From Eledone cirrhosa (lineage: Eukaryota), in assembly GCA_964016885.1 (NCBI GenBank), contig OZ024740.1, positions 330,088,001 to 330,152,000 on the forward strand: 64,000 nucleotides of DNA. Reading direction: 5' to 3'. The notes beneath the pieces were generated by a model. It searched no databases. It saw only the letters and a list, made by a program, of their open reading frames with translations, and was not told the DNA's origin. The position numbers and the translations under genes were made by a program. Below are positions 14,943 to 31,365 of this stretch, one piece after another; the stretch's first letter is position 1; the number at the start of each line of letters is the position of its first letter.

Positions 14943-15164
14943 GAATAATTGCCTTATGTTGTTTATTACATAATAATAATAATTAAGCTCTGTTGCTTAC
15001 ATAGAGCACTCTTTTTTCCTGGACTTTTCCGATGGAATTACTTCATTTATACAGCTCCAACCGGGATTGATCGCAGCATATTCGATATTACATATACGAT
15101 TGGCACTTTCCAGCCCGATTAGTTGAGCACTCTACAGTTTTCAGGAATTTAACCAACATACACC

Positions 15165-17297
15165 ATGGACCTTTATGATTTGGATTATTCTATCAAAAAC
15201 ATACCCACTCCTTCCAACACAACATACACCAAAATCCTCATTGATAAAATCGAGCAAGTCGTTAAAAGAATGAGATGGAAGGCAATGGTTTACGATGGAC
15301 TATTCAGTGCTGATACTAAAGATAATTTTGACATTAAATCCCGTAAATATCCACCTAGAATTAAAGACATGGCCAACTTCGAATTAGACCTCGTTAATCT
15401 AATTAGTGATATCAAATTTCGTAAGTACAATAATAATTTTCAAACTAAACTTTCTCACGATATCTCTAATTTTAGAAATTCTACAAACACTTTTGTTCTT
15501 TCTGATAAAACCAAAAACCTCTTTGAAGTTAATAGTAATTTGTATAACCAACTTTTAACTAATAGTATTACCAATAAATATCAATTAACTAATAATAATA
15601 GCTACAATACTATCAATAAAGAAGCTAAAGAACTAGCTAGTTCTTTACAAATAGATAACCGGATTGAAAGCTTAGCTAAGCGTAAAGCATATATTACCCT
15701 TAAAGACCATAAATTGGACTTTACTAATCGACCTAGTTGTAGACTGATTAACCCGGCTAAATCCGAGGTTGGCCTTGCTAGTAAGAAAATCTTAAGAAAA
15801 ATAATTATCCAAATTAGAACTAACACTGTCCTTTCACAGTGGCTAAATACTTCCTCTGTTATTTCTTGGTTCAATAATATACAAGGTAAAAATAAGTGTA
15901 GATTTACGCAATTTGATATTGTCGATTTTTACCCTTCTATTACCGTTTCCTTATTAACTAAAGCCTTAGATTTTGCAAGACCCTTCATTAATATCTCCAA
16001 ATTAGAAGAGGACATTATCTTTCATGCCAGAAAAACTTTACTTTTTACTAATGATAAGATTTGGGTTAAAAAGTCAAACCCTGAAAACTCTTTCGATGTT
16101 GCAATGGGTTCTTATGACAGTGCGGATGTGTGCGACTTAGTAGGATTATTCCTTCTCCACACACTCAAAGAGAAATTTCCGTCCCATAATATCGGTTTAT
16201 ACCGTGATGACGGATTAGCAGTTTCTCATACCACCAATGGCCATAATCTTGATAAATTCCGTAAAGATTTAATTAGTACCTTTGCTAATCTTAACCTTAA
16301 AATTACTATAGATACGAACCTTACTAATGCTAACTTTCTTGATATTAATCTTGATCTACTTACTGCCTCTTTTAAACCCTATCATAAACCTAATGAAAAT
16401 CTTAGGTATATACACAAAGAGTCTTGCCATCCCCCTATAGTTTTTAATAATCTTATTCCTAACATTAGCCGTAGGATTTCTACTTTATCTTCGTCTATAG
16501 ACATTTTTAATAAAGCCGCCCCTTATTATAATAAAGCCCTTAAGAACAGCGGTTTTACAGAAAATATTTCTTATTTACCTATTCCCCCCCCTAAAACTAA
16601 CCATAATAACAGGAAAAGGAAGATTATTTGGTTCACACCCCCCTTCTCTCTAAATGTCAAAACTAATGTAGGAAGGAAATTCCTTGAACTATTAGACAAA
16701 CATTTTCCTCCTATTCATAGATATTATAAGATTTTTAATAGGAATGTAGTTAAGATCAGCTACTCTTGTTGTCCATCCATGAAATCCAAAATCACCAGTT
16801 CAAACCGTACGAGGATAAATCCAGGATGCAGTTGCAGGAAGCCGGATGAATGCCCATTGCAGGGTAAATGTAAAACAAAATCTGTCGTTTATGAGGCTAA
16901 AATAACGCCAGTTATCAACAACCAGCCAGCCAGAAGCGAGCGATATGTCGGTATGACCCAGGACAGGTTTAAAACCAGATTTTACTCACATGTCGCTTCT
17001 TTTAAACACTCAGATAAACGTACATCAACGGCCCTCGCAAGTAAGGTATGGGATCTCAAGGATAGTAATATCCCGTACTCTATTGATTGGTCTATATTAG
17101 ACCATTCGAGGGAGTACCAAAGGGGCACAAAGAATTGTTCTTTGTGTACCACAGAAAAGTATAGGATTTTGCTAAACTTGAGAGACACTTCCGCTTGCCT
17201 TAACTCTAAGACTGAGATCTTCAGATGCTGTCCTCATCTGAAATCGCATCTGATCTGTAACTGGATTGACACTCCTACGATAAATCAACCGCCTTGA
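15165..17297 (+). CDS. PLE reverse transcriptase / GIY-YIG endonuclease, 710 aa, intact
   Basis: Same protein as 9360-11492, with a good Kozak-like start (caccATGg). Confidence 0.93.
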   Translation: MDLYDLDYSIKNIPTPSNTTYTKILIDKIEQVVKRMRWKAMVYDGLFSADTKDNFDIKSRKYPPRIKDMANFELDLVNLISDIKFRKYNNNFQTKLSHDISNFRNSTNTFVLSDKTKNLFEVNSNLYNQLLTNSITNKYQLTNNNSYNTINKEAKELASSLQIDNRIESLAKRKAYITLKDHKLDFTNRPSCRLINPAKSEVGLASKKILRKIIIQIRTNTVLSQWLNTSSVISWFNNIQGKNKCRFTQFDIVDFYPSITVSLLTKALDFARPFINISKLEEDIIFHARKTLLFTNDKIWVKKSNPENSFDVAMGSYDSADVCDLVGLFLLHTLKEKFPSHNIGLYRDDGLAVSHTTNGHNLDKFRKDLISTFANLNLKITIDTNLTNANFLDINLDLLTASFKPYHKPNENLRYIHKESCHPPIVFNNLIPNISRRISTLSSSIDIFNKAAPYYNKALKNSGFTENISYLPIPPPKTNHNNRKRKIIWFTPPFSLNVKTNVGRKFLELLDKHFPPIHRYYKIFNRNVVKISYSCCPSMKSKITSSNRTRINPGCSCRKPDECPLQGKCKTKSVVYEAKITPVINNQPARSERYVGMTQDRFKTRFYSHVASFKHSDKRTSTALASKVWDLKDSNIPYSIDWSILDHSREYQRGTKNCSLCTTEKYRILLNLRDTSACLNSKTEIFRCCPHLKSHLICNWIDTPTINQPP

Positions 17298-17620
17298 ACT
17301 CCTTCTCTGCTCTTTACTTTTGCTACGGCTTTTATTTTGCTGCTTCTACCTTCTGTACTCTTGTTTTTAAAAAATATTTTTTTCTCCCTTACTTCCCTTT
17401 ATATTTTTACCTCCTCTAGGCCCCCCACCCCATATATTCTTTTTGTTTTGCCCTTCACATACCTATGTGTATGTGTATGTATTTTTGTGTGTATATATGT
17501 ATATGTGTACGTGTATGTTTGTGTATGTATATATATGTGTATGTATGTATGTATATGTATGTGTGTGTATATATGTGTGTATGTATATATGTCTGTATAT
17601 ATATATATATATATATGTAC

Positions 17621-17652
<32 letters not shown>

Positions 17653-17694
17653 GTGTGTGTGCGTGTCTGTATGTGTGTATATATTTGTATATTT

Positions 17695-17749
17695 CATTCT
17701 GAAGATTGAAGGAAACCTTTTTTTGCTTTTAAGAAACCTCTGGTGAATG
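17695..17749 (+). ncRNA. Hammerhead-like motif (PLE-A proximal, GUG site)
   Basis: Same as 13440-13494. Confidence 0.6.
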
Positions 17750-17893
17750 GATTAATTGCCTTGTATGGCTTTATTACTTTACTACTATATATACGTTTAT
17801 GTAAGGTTCATTTGTCTTATCTAATACTGAGCTTTACACATACACACATGTATATGTGTGTGTGTATGTGTATGCATGTGTGTATGTGTACGT

Positions 17894-17933
<40 letters not shown>

Positions 17934-18211
17934 GTATATGTATGTGTATATATATATATGTATATGTATATATGTATATATGTATATGTATGTGTATGTA
18001 TGTATATGTTGCGTGTGTTTTTATTTATTTTTATGTATGTGTGGGTTTGTGTGTGGGTGTGTGTGTGTGTATATATGTGTGTGTGTTTGTATTTGGTTGT
18101 GCGTTCTTTTGATATATACGTATTTGCATGTGTATAATTGTTTAGCTATGTATGTATATATGTGTGTTTACGTATTTATATGTGTGTGTGCGTTTATATT
18201 TTTATATTTTG

Positions 18212-18256
<45 letters not shown>

Positions 18257-18701
18257 GTGTGTGTGTGTGTATATAATTACATATACATGTGTGTGTTTAT
18301 ATTGTATACGTGTACGTGTTTGCGTATGTATGTGTATGTACGTGTTTATGTATTTGTATATGTATATTTATGTGTGAGAGTGTGTGTATGTGTTTACTAT
18401 TTCGAACGTATGTATATGCGCTTATGTGTGTATTACTTACCACGCGTGTCTGTCCTGTTAGCTGGGGCATGTATCGCTGTCAAATATTTGTTAATATTAT
18501 TTATATATTTTTTTCTTATATTTATTTGCGTGTGTTAATATGTAGTGGAGTGCATTCATGTATGTGTATGTATGTATGTACGTTGTATGTTTGTGTGAAC
18601 GTATGTATATGTGTGTGTATATATATGTGTGTGTGTATGTGTAGGCTTGTACACACACATGTGTGTGTGTGTGTATGTATATGTGTATATGTGTGTATAT
18701 G

Positions 18702-18741
<40 letters not shown>

Positions 18742-18763
18742 GATATGTACATGTGTATGTATA

Positions 18764-18799
<36 letters not shown>

Positions 18800-18900
18800 C
18801 GTGTGTATGTATGAATATATGTATGTGTATATGTGTGTATATATATGTGTATGTGTGTGTAGGTGTACGCTCTTTATATATATATATGTGTATGTATGTG

Positions 18901-18939
<39 letters not shown>

Positions 18940-19141
18940 GTATGTGTATGTGTATATGTGTATGCGTGCAAATTATATGTGTGTGTGTGTAAGTATGCTT
19001 TTGGGTTTTTTTGTGTGTGTTTGCATGTGTAGTTTTATTTTATTTTATTTTTCCTTTCCTTCTCCCTTTTCCAGCCTCACTTTCATATAGATTGCATTTT
19101 CGTTTTTAGAATCCATATTCAATAAACAAACCAGGATTTTT

Positions 19142-19195
19142 CATTCTGAGGATTGAAAGCAAAACCTTTTGCTTTTAAGAAACCACTGGTAAATG
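19142..19195 (+). ncRNA. Type I hammerhead ribozyme (PLE-A distal, GUA)
   Basis: Same as 14889-14942. Confidence 0.85.
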
Positions 19196-19300
19196 GAATA
19201 ATTGCCTTATGTTGTTTATTACATAATAATAATAATTAAGCTCTGTTGCTTACATAGAGCACTCTTTTTTCCTGGACTTTTCCGATGGAATTACTTCATT

Positions 19301-22757
<3,457 letters not shown>

Positions 22758-22762
<5 letters not shown>

Positions 22763-23642
22763 GCGGAACAAGTAATCATCAAACAATCTTTTAAATAAAT
22801 TAAAACACGATTTACATATTTACTTGTTCTACTGCTGTTACCGACGGTTCACTAATCAAAAGATTGGAAATTCAGAGAATTTCCAATGCAAAGAATTAGT
22901 TCAGACAGTTATTTCCATACTATAAGGGTATAAAGCCTCGTAGTAAGATAATATATTGCTTCCTGCCCGTTGCCTGGTGTCAGGCCGTTAAAGTGACCTA
23001 CACATAAAAATAGGTCATAAGTAAAAACGGGATATTATAAACTTGTTGTACATGCTGGTAAAAATAGCAGTGCGATAAAACGTTTTGTTCTATACATTTT
23101 AAGGAGAATAAATATAAAACGGTATGGATATACCAACAGGTACTAAGTACCCACAGAAATATGGATGGTGTTTATAATAGTTGCGGTTCGATGGTACTAA
23201 TTTGAGATACAAGAACTATAAAAATGAGCGGAACAAGTAATCATCAAACAATCTTTTAAATAAATTAAAAAACGATTTAAATATTCACCTGTTCTATTGC
23301 TGTTACCGATGGTTTCACTAATCAAAAGATTGTAAATTCAGAGAATTTCCAATGGAAGGGATAAGATCTTCAGACAGCTATTTCCATACTATAAGGGTAT
23401 ACAGCCTCATAGTAAAAGAATATATCACTTCCTGCCCGTTGCATGGGGTCAGGCCGTTAAAGTGACCAACACACAAAAATAGACCATAAGTAAAAGCGGG
23501 TTATTATAAACTTGTTGATGATGCTGCTAAAAATAACAGCGCGATACAACGTTTTGTTCTATACATTTTAAGGAGAATAAATATAAAAGGGTATGGATAT
23601 TCAAACAGGTACTAAGTACCCACAGAAATATGCATGGTGTTT
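22758..23642 (-). repeat. Non-coding tandem repeat, about 465-bp period, one hammerhead per unit (retrozyme-like)
   Basis: gcggaacaagtaatcatcaaac occurs at 22763 and 23228. The array abuts (TA)n at the ribozyme-sense 3' end. Confidence 0.8.
23299..23378 (-). ncRNA. Type I hammerhead ribozyme (465-bp family)
   Basis: gctgt-CTGAAGA-t-cttatc...gattag-t-GAAA-cc-atc-gg-TA-acagc. The paralog at 55798-55877 has stem II ctaatc/gattag. The unit at 22834-22909 is degenerate. Confidence 0.75.
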
Positions 23643-23654
23643 CGCTTTTACTTA

Positions 23655-24182
23655 TGTTTATTTTTGTGTGTAGGTCACTGTAACAGCCTGACCCCATGCA
23701 ACAGGCAGGAAGCGATATATGGTGGTGAGTAAGGAGGTAGCCCTGGGGCCGAGGACACCAGAAATCTCCACTGCCAGGGCTACGACCGCAAACCTGTCGG
23801 AGAGCGATAGGTATTTGAGGAGTCTGGCCTCCTCAGCCCGACGTGAAGCAGAACCTGGGTCAGTCGCAGACTGCACTAGGTTGCGGCTGTAGAAAGTCTC
23901 GGTGCAAGTGGTATCCCAGCCGAGGGCTTTTCCACCGCGGAACGGGAAGATGGTCATGCCATCTGGCCTTTTGCCGTCCCCTCGATCCAGCACCAAAGCT
24001 CGAGCTGGGAAGGGAAGCCTACAGCGTCCAAGCTACGCTTAATGACCTCATTGAGGGCAGCATTGCGTGGAATGAGGCCGGCACTGGGGCGACAGGAAAG
24101 CGGGTGGAGGCCGAACGAGTCCACGGTGGAACCGCAGCGACATTGGTGTGGCTGGCAGATCCGGTGGCCGAGCCTCAAGGAA
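23655..24182 (-). pseudogene. 3' fragment of a CRE-like (RLE-type) non-LTR retrotransposon
   Basis: CRCG..D..GLHPLSC zinc knuckle, then DGKRPDG...WDTTC...AEE..L.KY..L...AVEISGVLG restriction-like endonuclease motifs. Frameshifted near 23995. Confidence 0.8.
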
Positions 24183-26336
24183 ACAGTCGATCACTACAAT
24201 TTTTTAGTGTGTAATTCTTTCAAATTCGTCAGTCTATTATACATTATTGTATATAACTTATTTTCTCAGTGCGCTTCCGTCTGTTAATGTAGATAATGCA
24301 TATCTGCTTCGTGTGCAGTTGACGAGCTTTTTGAAGAACCATTTAGTTTCACATATTATTATCGTGGGTAAATTCTTTATTCACCAAGAGAAACAAAAAT
24401 ATTACATTTGAAACGTCTAAATCATGATGTTTGTAATCAACATATTTTAAGGCATCAAATCTTGAACCCGACACTTATTTGTGACTCTGTGCCAGATGTC
24501 GTTCAAATTCATACTTATTTTTCATGAGCACGAGCCTGTTTCAAGCATTTAGAAATCAGTCGATTTAACATATCAGAACAAGGAAAAGTGAACATAACAT
24601 GAATATTGAAGATTCATCCCTTCTGTATATGGCTGTTTAATGTATTTGCCCATATTACTCAGGTTTGATGCTAAAACTTGGGCCGTAACTGATTGATTTG
24701 ACCGTCATTTCATGTTGACTTTGAATATCTTTGATTCATATCATTTCAAGAAACTCCAGAATTCATCAGCGATTTCAATCTTATTCATAATCATTCGGTA
24801 GGCATACGTACGAATATAGCAGAAGGGTTTTTCCCAACACTCATGACACTTGACTATCTATCGCTCGAATGTTTTAAAGAAATAACTATTTGCTCGGTTG
24901 TTAATCGTCGCATGCCATATTTCAATAGTTCTTATGATGTATAGAAAATATTAAAAGAATTGTGTTATTAAAATTAATTATGGGATTTAGAGATATAAAT
25001 TGCCGGTAAAACAACAGTAATTTCAACGTAAGGCTCACATATCCATGATATCTCATGGGATATTACGTATACCTAAATGGCAAGTTACCTTTGAGTTTAC
25101 AGCTGCTCTGTGTAAACATATGTAGTGTAAACATATGCAGTGCCTTTTATTTATGTTAACCTCAGTATATTGCAAAAAAAGGCCTAAAATATGTGAAGAT
25201 GAAGGAAATTTTTAAAAATAAATATTACATGCCGCATTTTGAAACATGCTACCGGAAAAAACTCATGAGTGAACATTTTTAGATTCTATTTTAGAGTTTA
25301 ATAGACAAGAAACCATGTTCAATTTATTCCCCGGCATGGTATCTGGATTAATTTAAGGCATCTAAATACAAAATAGTCGTTAGGTTGGTCCTTGCCAGTT
25401 AATAGAGAGATTAATAAGAATTGCGTGAACGGTTCAAATATCAATACACAAATTACATACTGTATACATAAATGATCAACGAAAACATGGAACCTTATCC
25501 AGATTCAATGGTTGAGGTGAGACGGTACCTCAAGAAATGCGTTTAAGTGATTTTGTGTATTTTGCTTTACCTGTTATTGATACATTACACTATGATATAT
25601 ATTTTTGAAATTCTCAACGGATGAAATAATGTCGTTTTTTTATTTTTGCACAACTGAAATGCTGTGAAACATATAAATCAGCCTATAGCCTCTATATAGC
25701 AGAAGTAATGATTTCTACTTAAATGCCTCATTATTCGTTTATTTTAATGTGTGTATGTATGTATGTATGCATGTATGTATGCATACACAAACACATACAC
25801 ACACTTACGCACACATATATATATGCACACTCACACATACTTATAACCTCCCAAAACATATTTCTAAAATAGAATTTCTTTTACAATTCTATAGCTTTGA
25901 CAATCCTATATATCTCACCCTCCTGAACCAATTGTCCCTAGTTTACATTTTCCTTCTTCGCCACCCCAACTGAACTTCTGACCAGTTCTGTACTACTACT
26001 ACCTCACTCTCTCTCTATATATATAATGTTATTTTTCTTAGAGCCAGTCTTCCTCCCGACACGAAAGATGAAAAGTCCTTCAATACATAATTTTTAATTT
26101 TTAATTCCTTTTTCAATCCTCTTTAAAATTCTAATTGTAATATTTGATATTGTATAAGTTAGATGACATCGGAACCGGTAATATTTATGTATTATATATA
26201 TTCTATAAAAATCCTTTTTAAAATAATGTCAGGAATCAAAGAAGAAAAACAAAACAGATTCTTTAAATATATTCCCGTGCAACTTCCATTCTTACTCTTT
26301 TTCTATAACACTGTTTTGTATAGAACCTTACTCCAT

Positions 26337-26395
<59 letters not shown>

Positions 26396-26416
26396 GAGAG
26401 AGAGAGAGAGAGAGAG

Positions 26417-26551
26417 AAATGGAAAAGAATGAAACGAAATTTCATTTCTCACTCTTAGTACGGCTGACAAATAAATATAAGTATGTATACGTACATACAT
26501 ATATGTGTACAGACGCACAGTAGTATGTATATATATATATACATGTACACG

Positions 26552-26590
<39 letters not shown>

Positions 26591-27056
26591 GTATGTGTTT
26601 ACCGAACATTTATTATAATGTTCGGTTTGTTTGTAAACAAACAGCCCGAATTACGCCGTACAGTTCTGGGTAACCATCGTCGCCCTTTTGTTCAACACTG
26701 ACACAGGAACGATGTACTAGTTTCAAGCTTATTAGCTATCGTCAGCATCGTATACCTAACTACCAGTCGATTGAACGGCTGAAAGTATATACTTTCCTTA
26801 TGCATATTAACGGCTGAGCAGCCTAATTTGCATATCGAGTGAGTTAGTCGGCCGGAAACGATAAATGGAAAAGAATGAAACGAAATTTCATTTCTCACTC
26901 TTAGTACATCTTATACCTAAAGTATGTATACGCACATACATATATGTGTACAGACGCACAGTAGTATGTATATATATACATACATGCATACACATATATA
27001 TATGTACGTATGGGTTTAGCGAATATTTATTATAATGCATAAGGAAAGTATATATA
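26417..27056 (-). repeat. Non-coding tandem repeat, about 430-446-bp period, hammerhead-bearing (about 1.4 units)
   Basis: aaatggaaaagaatgaaacgaaatttcatttctcactcttagtac occurs at about 26417 and 26863. Starts next to a (TA)n(GA)n tract. Confidence 0.75.
26709..26751 (-). ncRNA. Minimal type I hammerhead ribozyme (430-bp family)
   Basis: acgatg-CTGACGA-t-agct-aata-agct-t-GAAA-ctag-TA-catcgt. 6-bp stem I and palindromic stem III (actagt). Confidence 0.85.
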
Positions 27057-28467
27057 GACTGGGGAGAGGATGGGTAGGTGTTAAAGGTGGAGGGAGAAGG
27101 TGGTGGTGTGAGGGATGGTGTGTATATTAGTGGAGGTTTTAGTGGGATGTGTGTGTGAGGGGTGAAGGTGGAGCGGGGAGAGAGAGGGAGAGAAATGTTT
27201 ATTGGGACGGATGAGGGAGTGTAGTCTACAGGTGTGTGTGTGCGTGTTTGGATATGAGTGTGTGTGTGGTAGAGAGGGTGTTAGTATTACTGGTGGTGGG
27301 GAAGGGGTTGAATGCGAGTGTGTAAATTAGGGTTAGTGGTGGTTGGCTGTGTGGAGTGGGTGGTGTATCGGTATGTACATAGTTGTGGTTGGGTGCAGGT
27401 GTGATGGTGTGTTCGTGAGGGTGAAGGTGTGTTGGAGGATGTTAGTAATATTAGTTGTGGGGTGGTCAGATGTGGATGTGAGGGTGGGGGTTAGTGGTGG
27501 TAGTAGGGTGTGTGGATAGTGTGAGTCCGTGTATATGTGTGCAGGTGGGTGTGTGCGTGTGGGGTGTGTGGATGCGCGGGTGCTAGGTGGAGGGGTGGAT
27601 ATGTTAGTATTGTTAGTTGGGGTGAGGGCCACGGGTGGTGCGGGTGTTAGTATTATTAGTCGTGAGGTGAGCCAAGGGAGTCGGGGCGGTGAAACTGAGG
27701 AGTGGGTTAGTGGTGTTAGTGGGGGATGTGTGTGTTGTCGAAGGCTAAAGGAATAGGGGTGGGCAGTTCAGGCCGGGGGTGTGGGTCTGTAGGGTGAAAA
27801 TGGTGTGTTGTTCGACCGTAAGGTGGGTGGCGGGTGCCCCATGGCATTGGATCAGGCCACAGAGTGTGAGGTGGTGGGAATGTCCAGGAGCGCCAAAGTG
27901 GCAGGCGATGAGGGAAGTCCCGCCGAGACGAATATCGCGGAGATGCTCCGTGAACCGATCCGCCAGGCGACGTCCAGTCTGTCCGACGTAGTTTGCCCTG
28001 CAGTCCTAGCTGCGAAGTCCAGAGACGAGGCTGGAGGAGGTTCAGCGGAACGTGTGCCAAACAGAGAGAGTGGCCGTTGGGACCCTGGAAGCTGGTGGTG
28101 TTGGTGATGTGTGGGCAGGTGTGGCAGCGAGGCCTGGAGCATGGAAGAAAAACGTGGGTTGGTGGGGTTGGGAGCTGTGGACGAGGAGAGAGCGGAGATT
28201 ACGAGCGCGTTTGAAGGATGCGAGGGTGGGGTTGGGAAGATGGGGGAGGTGGAGGGTTCGAACCGGAGGCGTCGAAAGAGGCGGATGATGGTGCGGTGGA
28301 GTGATAAGGTGTAAGTCTGGTAGATGATGGGGAAGGGGATACAGTGGGTGTTTGTGCGGGGTGCTGGGGTGATGGCGGTGGATCGGTGGACAGTACGGGC
28401 GCGAGTGGGGGCGTTTTGGGACGATGTAACCTCTCCGGATGAAATGGCTGACTAGAGAAAGGGCCTG
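27057..28467 (-). mobile_element. Degenerate PLE (Neptune-like) 3' fragment with CA-rich tail
   Basis: Across frameshifts: FKRARNLRSLLVHS, PRCHTC, YVGQTGRRLADRFTEHLRDIR, ACHFGAPGHS, EQHTIFTLQTH.PGLN. These are GIY-YIG PLE C-terminal motifs. Confidence 0.75.
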
Positions 28468-28557
28468 ATATATATATATATATATATATATCACCCGACG
28501 GGGGGCTACTCATTCCTATATATATATATATATATATATGTATATGTGTGTGTGTGT

Positions 28558-30088
28558 GTTCAAAGGGTTAAACAACCAAACGCAGGAGTGAGTGGTACAT
28601 TGTTTTATTGTACGTGATGGCAAGAGTGTGGAAATCTGCAAGGTGTGGGTGGAGGGATAGCAAGGTAATTGAAGTCAGAGCGGGATGGTGGAAAGTAATG
28701 TGTATTTCTATGTGTAGATGTATGTCTAGAGACCGGAAGGAAATGAGTGTATGCGAATGTAAGGTTTTGAAAAAACCTTGTATGTGTTGTGCTGGAGTGT
28801 ATGTCTGTGCGTGTGTAGTTCATGTATGGGTGTAGGTGTGTATTTGTGTGTTTGTGGATGGAGGGGGATAGATGGGATGAGATGAGATAGTGTCAAATCC
28901 GGAGGCGGTGTGGGGATGAAGTGTAGGTGTATGAGTGGTTAAAAAAAGAAGTGGATGTACGGTGTGTCTGTTGGTGACGTGGGTTCATGTAAGGAACGTA
29001 GTTGCGTGTGTGCAGAAATAGTGCAAGTGTCTGTGTGACTAAATTTCTGAACGAATGTTCGTGTGTGTGTGTGGATGGTAAAGATGCGAATGTAATTCCG
29101 ATGGATTGAAGGTGAGGTATATTCCAGGTTCATGTAGAAGAAAATGGCGTGAGGAGGTGAAATGGTAGGATGGCGTGCCCAAGCGAAAAAGTGGGAGAAA
29201 GGGTTGGAGAGGGTGATGATGACATGACAATGTGTGAGAGGGATGGGAGGAGGTGGCGCCGAACGGACAGAACTTGGTGGGTAAGAGTGATAGTAGTAGT
29301 ACTATGTGTGCGTGAGGGTAGTTATCTGTGTAGACAGGCAACTGTGTGTGGGTGAAAATGGCATCTGTGTATGTATGTATGTGTGTATGTAGTTATGTGT
29401 GTGTAGAAAGCATAGTGGACATGCGAAGAGGTAATGTTTGTGTGAGAGTGAATGTATATTCTGGTGTGTGTATGTGTGCGTGTGTGTGTGTGTTTGTTTG
29501 TGTTTAGATGTTTAGAGTGTAAGTGCGTGTGTGTTTTGTGGTTTAAGGGTGTTAAGAGTGAACGAAAGGGTTGTTGGGTGATGGGGTTAGTTGTGTTAGT
29601 GGGATGGTGAGGTGTCGGTGTGTGTGGGTAGAGTTTAGTGGTGATAGTAGGGCAGGTGACTGGAGAGAGGAAGGTGCATGTGCACATACACGGTAGTGCG
29701 TGTATATACTGGTGTGCGTATGTGTGCGTGTTTAAGGTGTATGTGTGTGTGTGTTTTTGTTGTAAGGGTGAAGGAAAGGGTTGTGGTGGTGGGGAGTTAG
29801 TAGTGTTAGTGTTGAGGCGAGTGGGGTGTGGGTAGAGGTTAGTGGTGATAGTAGGGGAGGGGATGGGTGGGGGAGTCAGTCGGGTTTGCTAAAGAAAGTG
29901 GGTGGGGTGTTCAAACCTTGGGTGGTGCATATCTGTAATTCGAAGATGGTACGTTGTTCAACCCCAAGTCGGGCATCGGGCCTCCCAGGGCACGCAATCA
30001 AGGCGCAGACGGTCAAGTTGCGATCGGAGTGCCCGGGTGAGCAGAAGTGTCGGGCGATGGGGGAACACGAGCCGAGTCGGATGTCGTG
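28558..30088 (-). mobile_element. Second degenerate Neptune-like PLE 3' fragment with long CA-rich tail
   Basis: HDIRLGSCSPIARHFCSPGHSDRNLTVCAL...EQRTIFELQICTTQGLN (29876-30085). Bounded by (TG)n runs. Confidence 0.7.
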
Positions 30089-31145
30089 TGTTTGTGTGTG
30101 TGTGTGTGTGTGTTTGTTTGTGCGTGTGTGTGTGTGTGTGTATATACTAATATCAAATTTCCGTCTAAACGCATCGCAATACATTTTCTATATAGTCTCT
30201 ACAGCCAAAACGTTTTAAGCTGTGTTAAAGATTGTAATGGGTTTCATTTAATGGTATGTACACACATTTTCAGTGGAAACTAAAATTAAGTTGTCAATTC
30301 AATAAATAAAATTACTTAGTTTACTTATGAAAATATATATTCATGACAGGCAGCCGACAAGTGGAAATAGTAAAGATATATTTATTTTAACATCAAGATA
30401 ATAATATTAAAATAAGGCGGAACATTTTAGTTTAGAATATCTGAAATTTCTCATTTTATAATCGACTACGTTATTTAGAACAAAGGATACTTGCATTAGA
30501 GACACTTTTACGAGAACATTAAGTTGGAACGTAGTGTACATGTGACGAAGTTTGAAATATGCACAAGTAAAATCAATCTGCATCGGTCTCTTATGTTAAT
30601 GGCGTGCAGCGAGTTTTACAACCTACACCCTTGTGGAAAGACCTAACTTTTCACTTTTACACAATGAGATATTCCGCAAAATATATGAATTTATAACTCG
30701 AATATATTACACATAAATAACATAGTCGTTATAAATATTGCGTTGTCTACGGCTAAAACACTGGTATGTTAAATTTAACATGATTCTACTTTAGTTACTG
30801 GTTTTATAGTAGTGTTCTCTGCAAACATTTTAACGTACCACTGTTGCCACTCATTTGTTCTCTGATATGAATATGTATTTCATGGACATTTTCTAATTCT
30901 GTACGTTCTAACATATACAATTATATTATCGGAAACCATCGTTAAAAACTCGTATCTCTTTCAACAAATGTATAGCCCATAGCATTACCTCCTATACTTG
31001 TGGTTAGTCTACGATAATCGTAATAAAATTTTAGTACCTGGAAAATAAATTACGTTGGCGCATATGTAATGTCCAAGTTCCTAGGAGAAAATTTTAGATA
31101 GTATTTATTAAATGTATGCCTCTTCTTATTATTTAGGAATGTTAC

Positions 31146-31274
31146 GGCCCTTGCCATTCTGAGTTCAAATCCCGCCGAGGTTAACTTTGCCTTTCATCAT
31201 TAAGAGGTCGATAAAATAAAGTACCAGTAATACACTGAGTAATTTGCTGGCCTTGTGCCAAAAAGGTAGAAACA
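31146..31274 (+). mobile_element. 5'-truncated tRNA-derived SINE with 18-bp target-site duplication
   Basis: B-box-like gagttcaaatccc and central ctttgcctttcatc..gaggtcgataaaataaagtaccag. TSD attatttaggaatgttac at 31128-31145 and 31275-31292. Confidence 0.8.
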
Positions 31275-31365
31275 ATTATTTAGGAATGTTACAGTGAGTA
31301 ATTTATACCTTTTTCTTTCAGATTATAAAAATAATAGTTCTTAATCTTCTGCTATATTCGCACTC

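Larger units (their letters stand above)
13043..15164 (+). repeat. PLE-A 3' UTR/pLTR plus 5' leader, mostly cryptic (TG/TA)n simple sequence
   Basis: Near-identical in all three copies (7412-9359 rc, 17298-19303) apart from 2-bp slips in TA runs, so it is part of the element. Confidence 0.9.

Noticed and set aside
15165-17297. Selenoprotein (Naiad-type) PLE
   Set aside because: No in-frame TGA within the ORF, and the endonuclease is C-terminal, unlike Naiad/Chlamys elements.
24185-26340. Possible host exons in unique AT-rich sequence (also 1-930, 30140-31120 and paralogs)
   Set aside because: Only short ORFs without recognisable motifs, and frames are not preserved between the paralogs. Small exons cannot be excluded without RNA data.
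27320-27725. TTAGGG-like words (ttagggttagtgg) suggesting interstitial telomere
   Set aside because: Isolated and degenerate within a GT-rich PLE tail; no tandem telomeric array.
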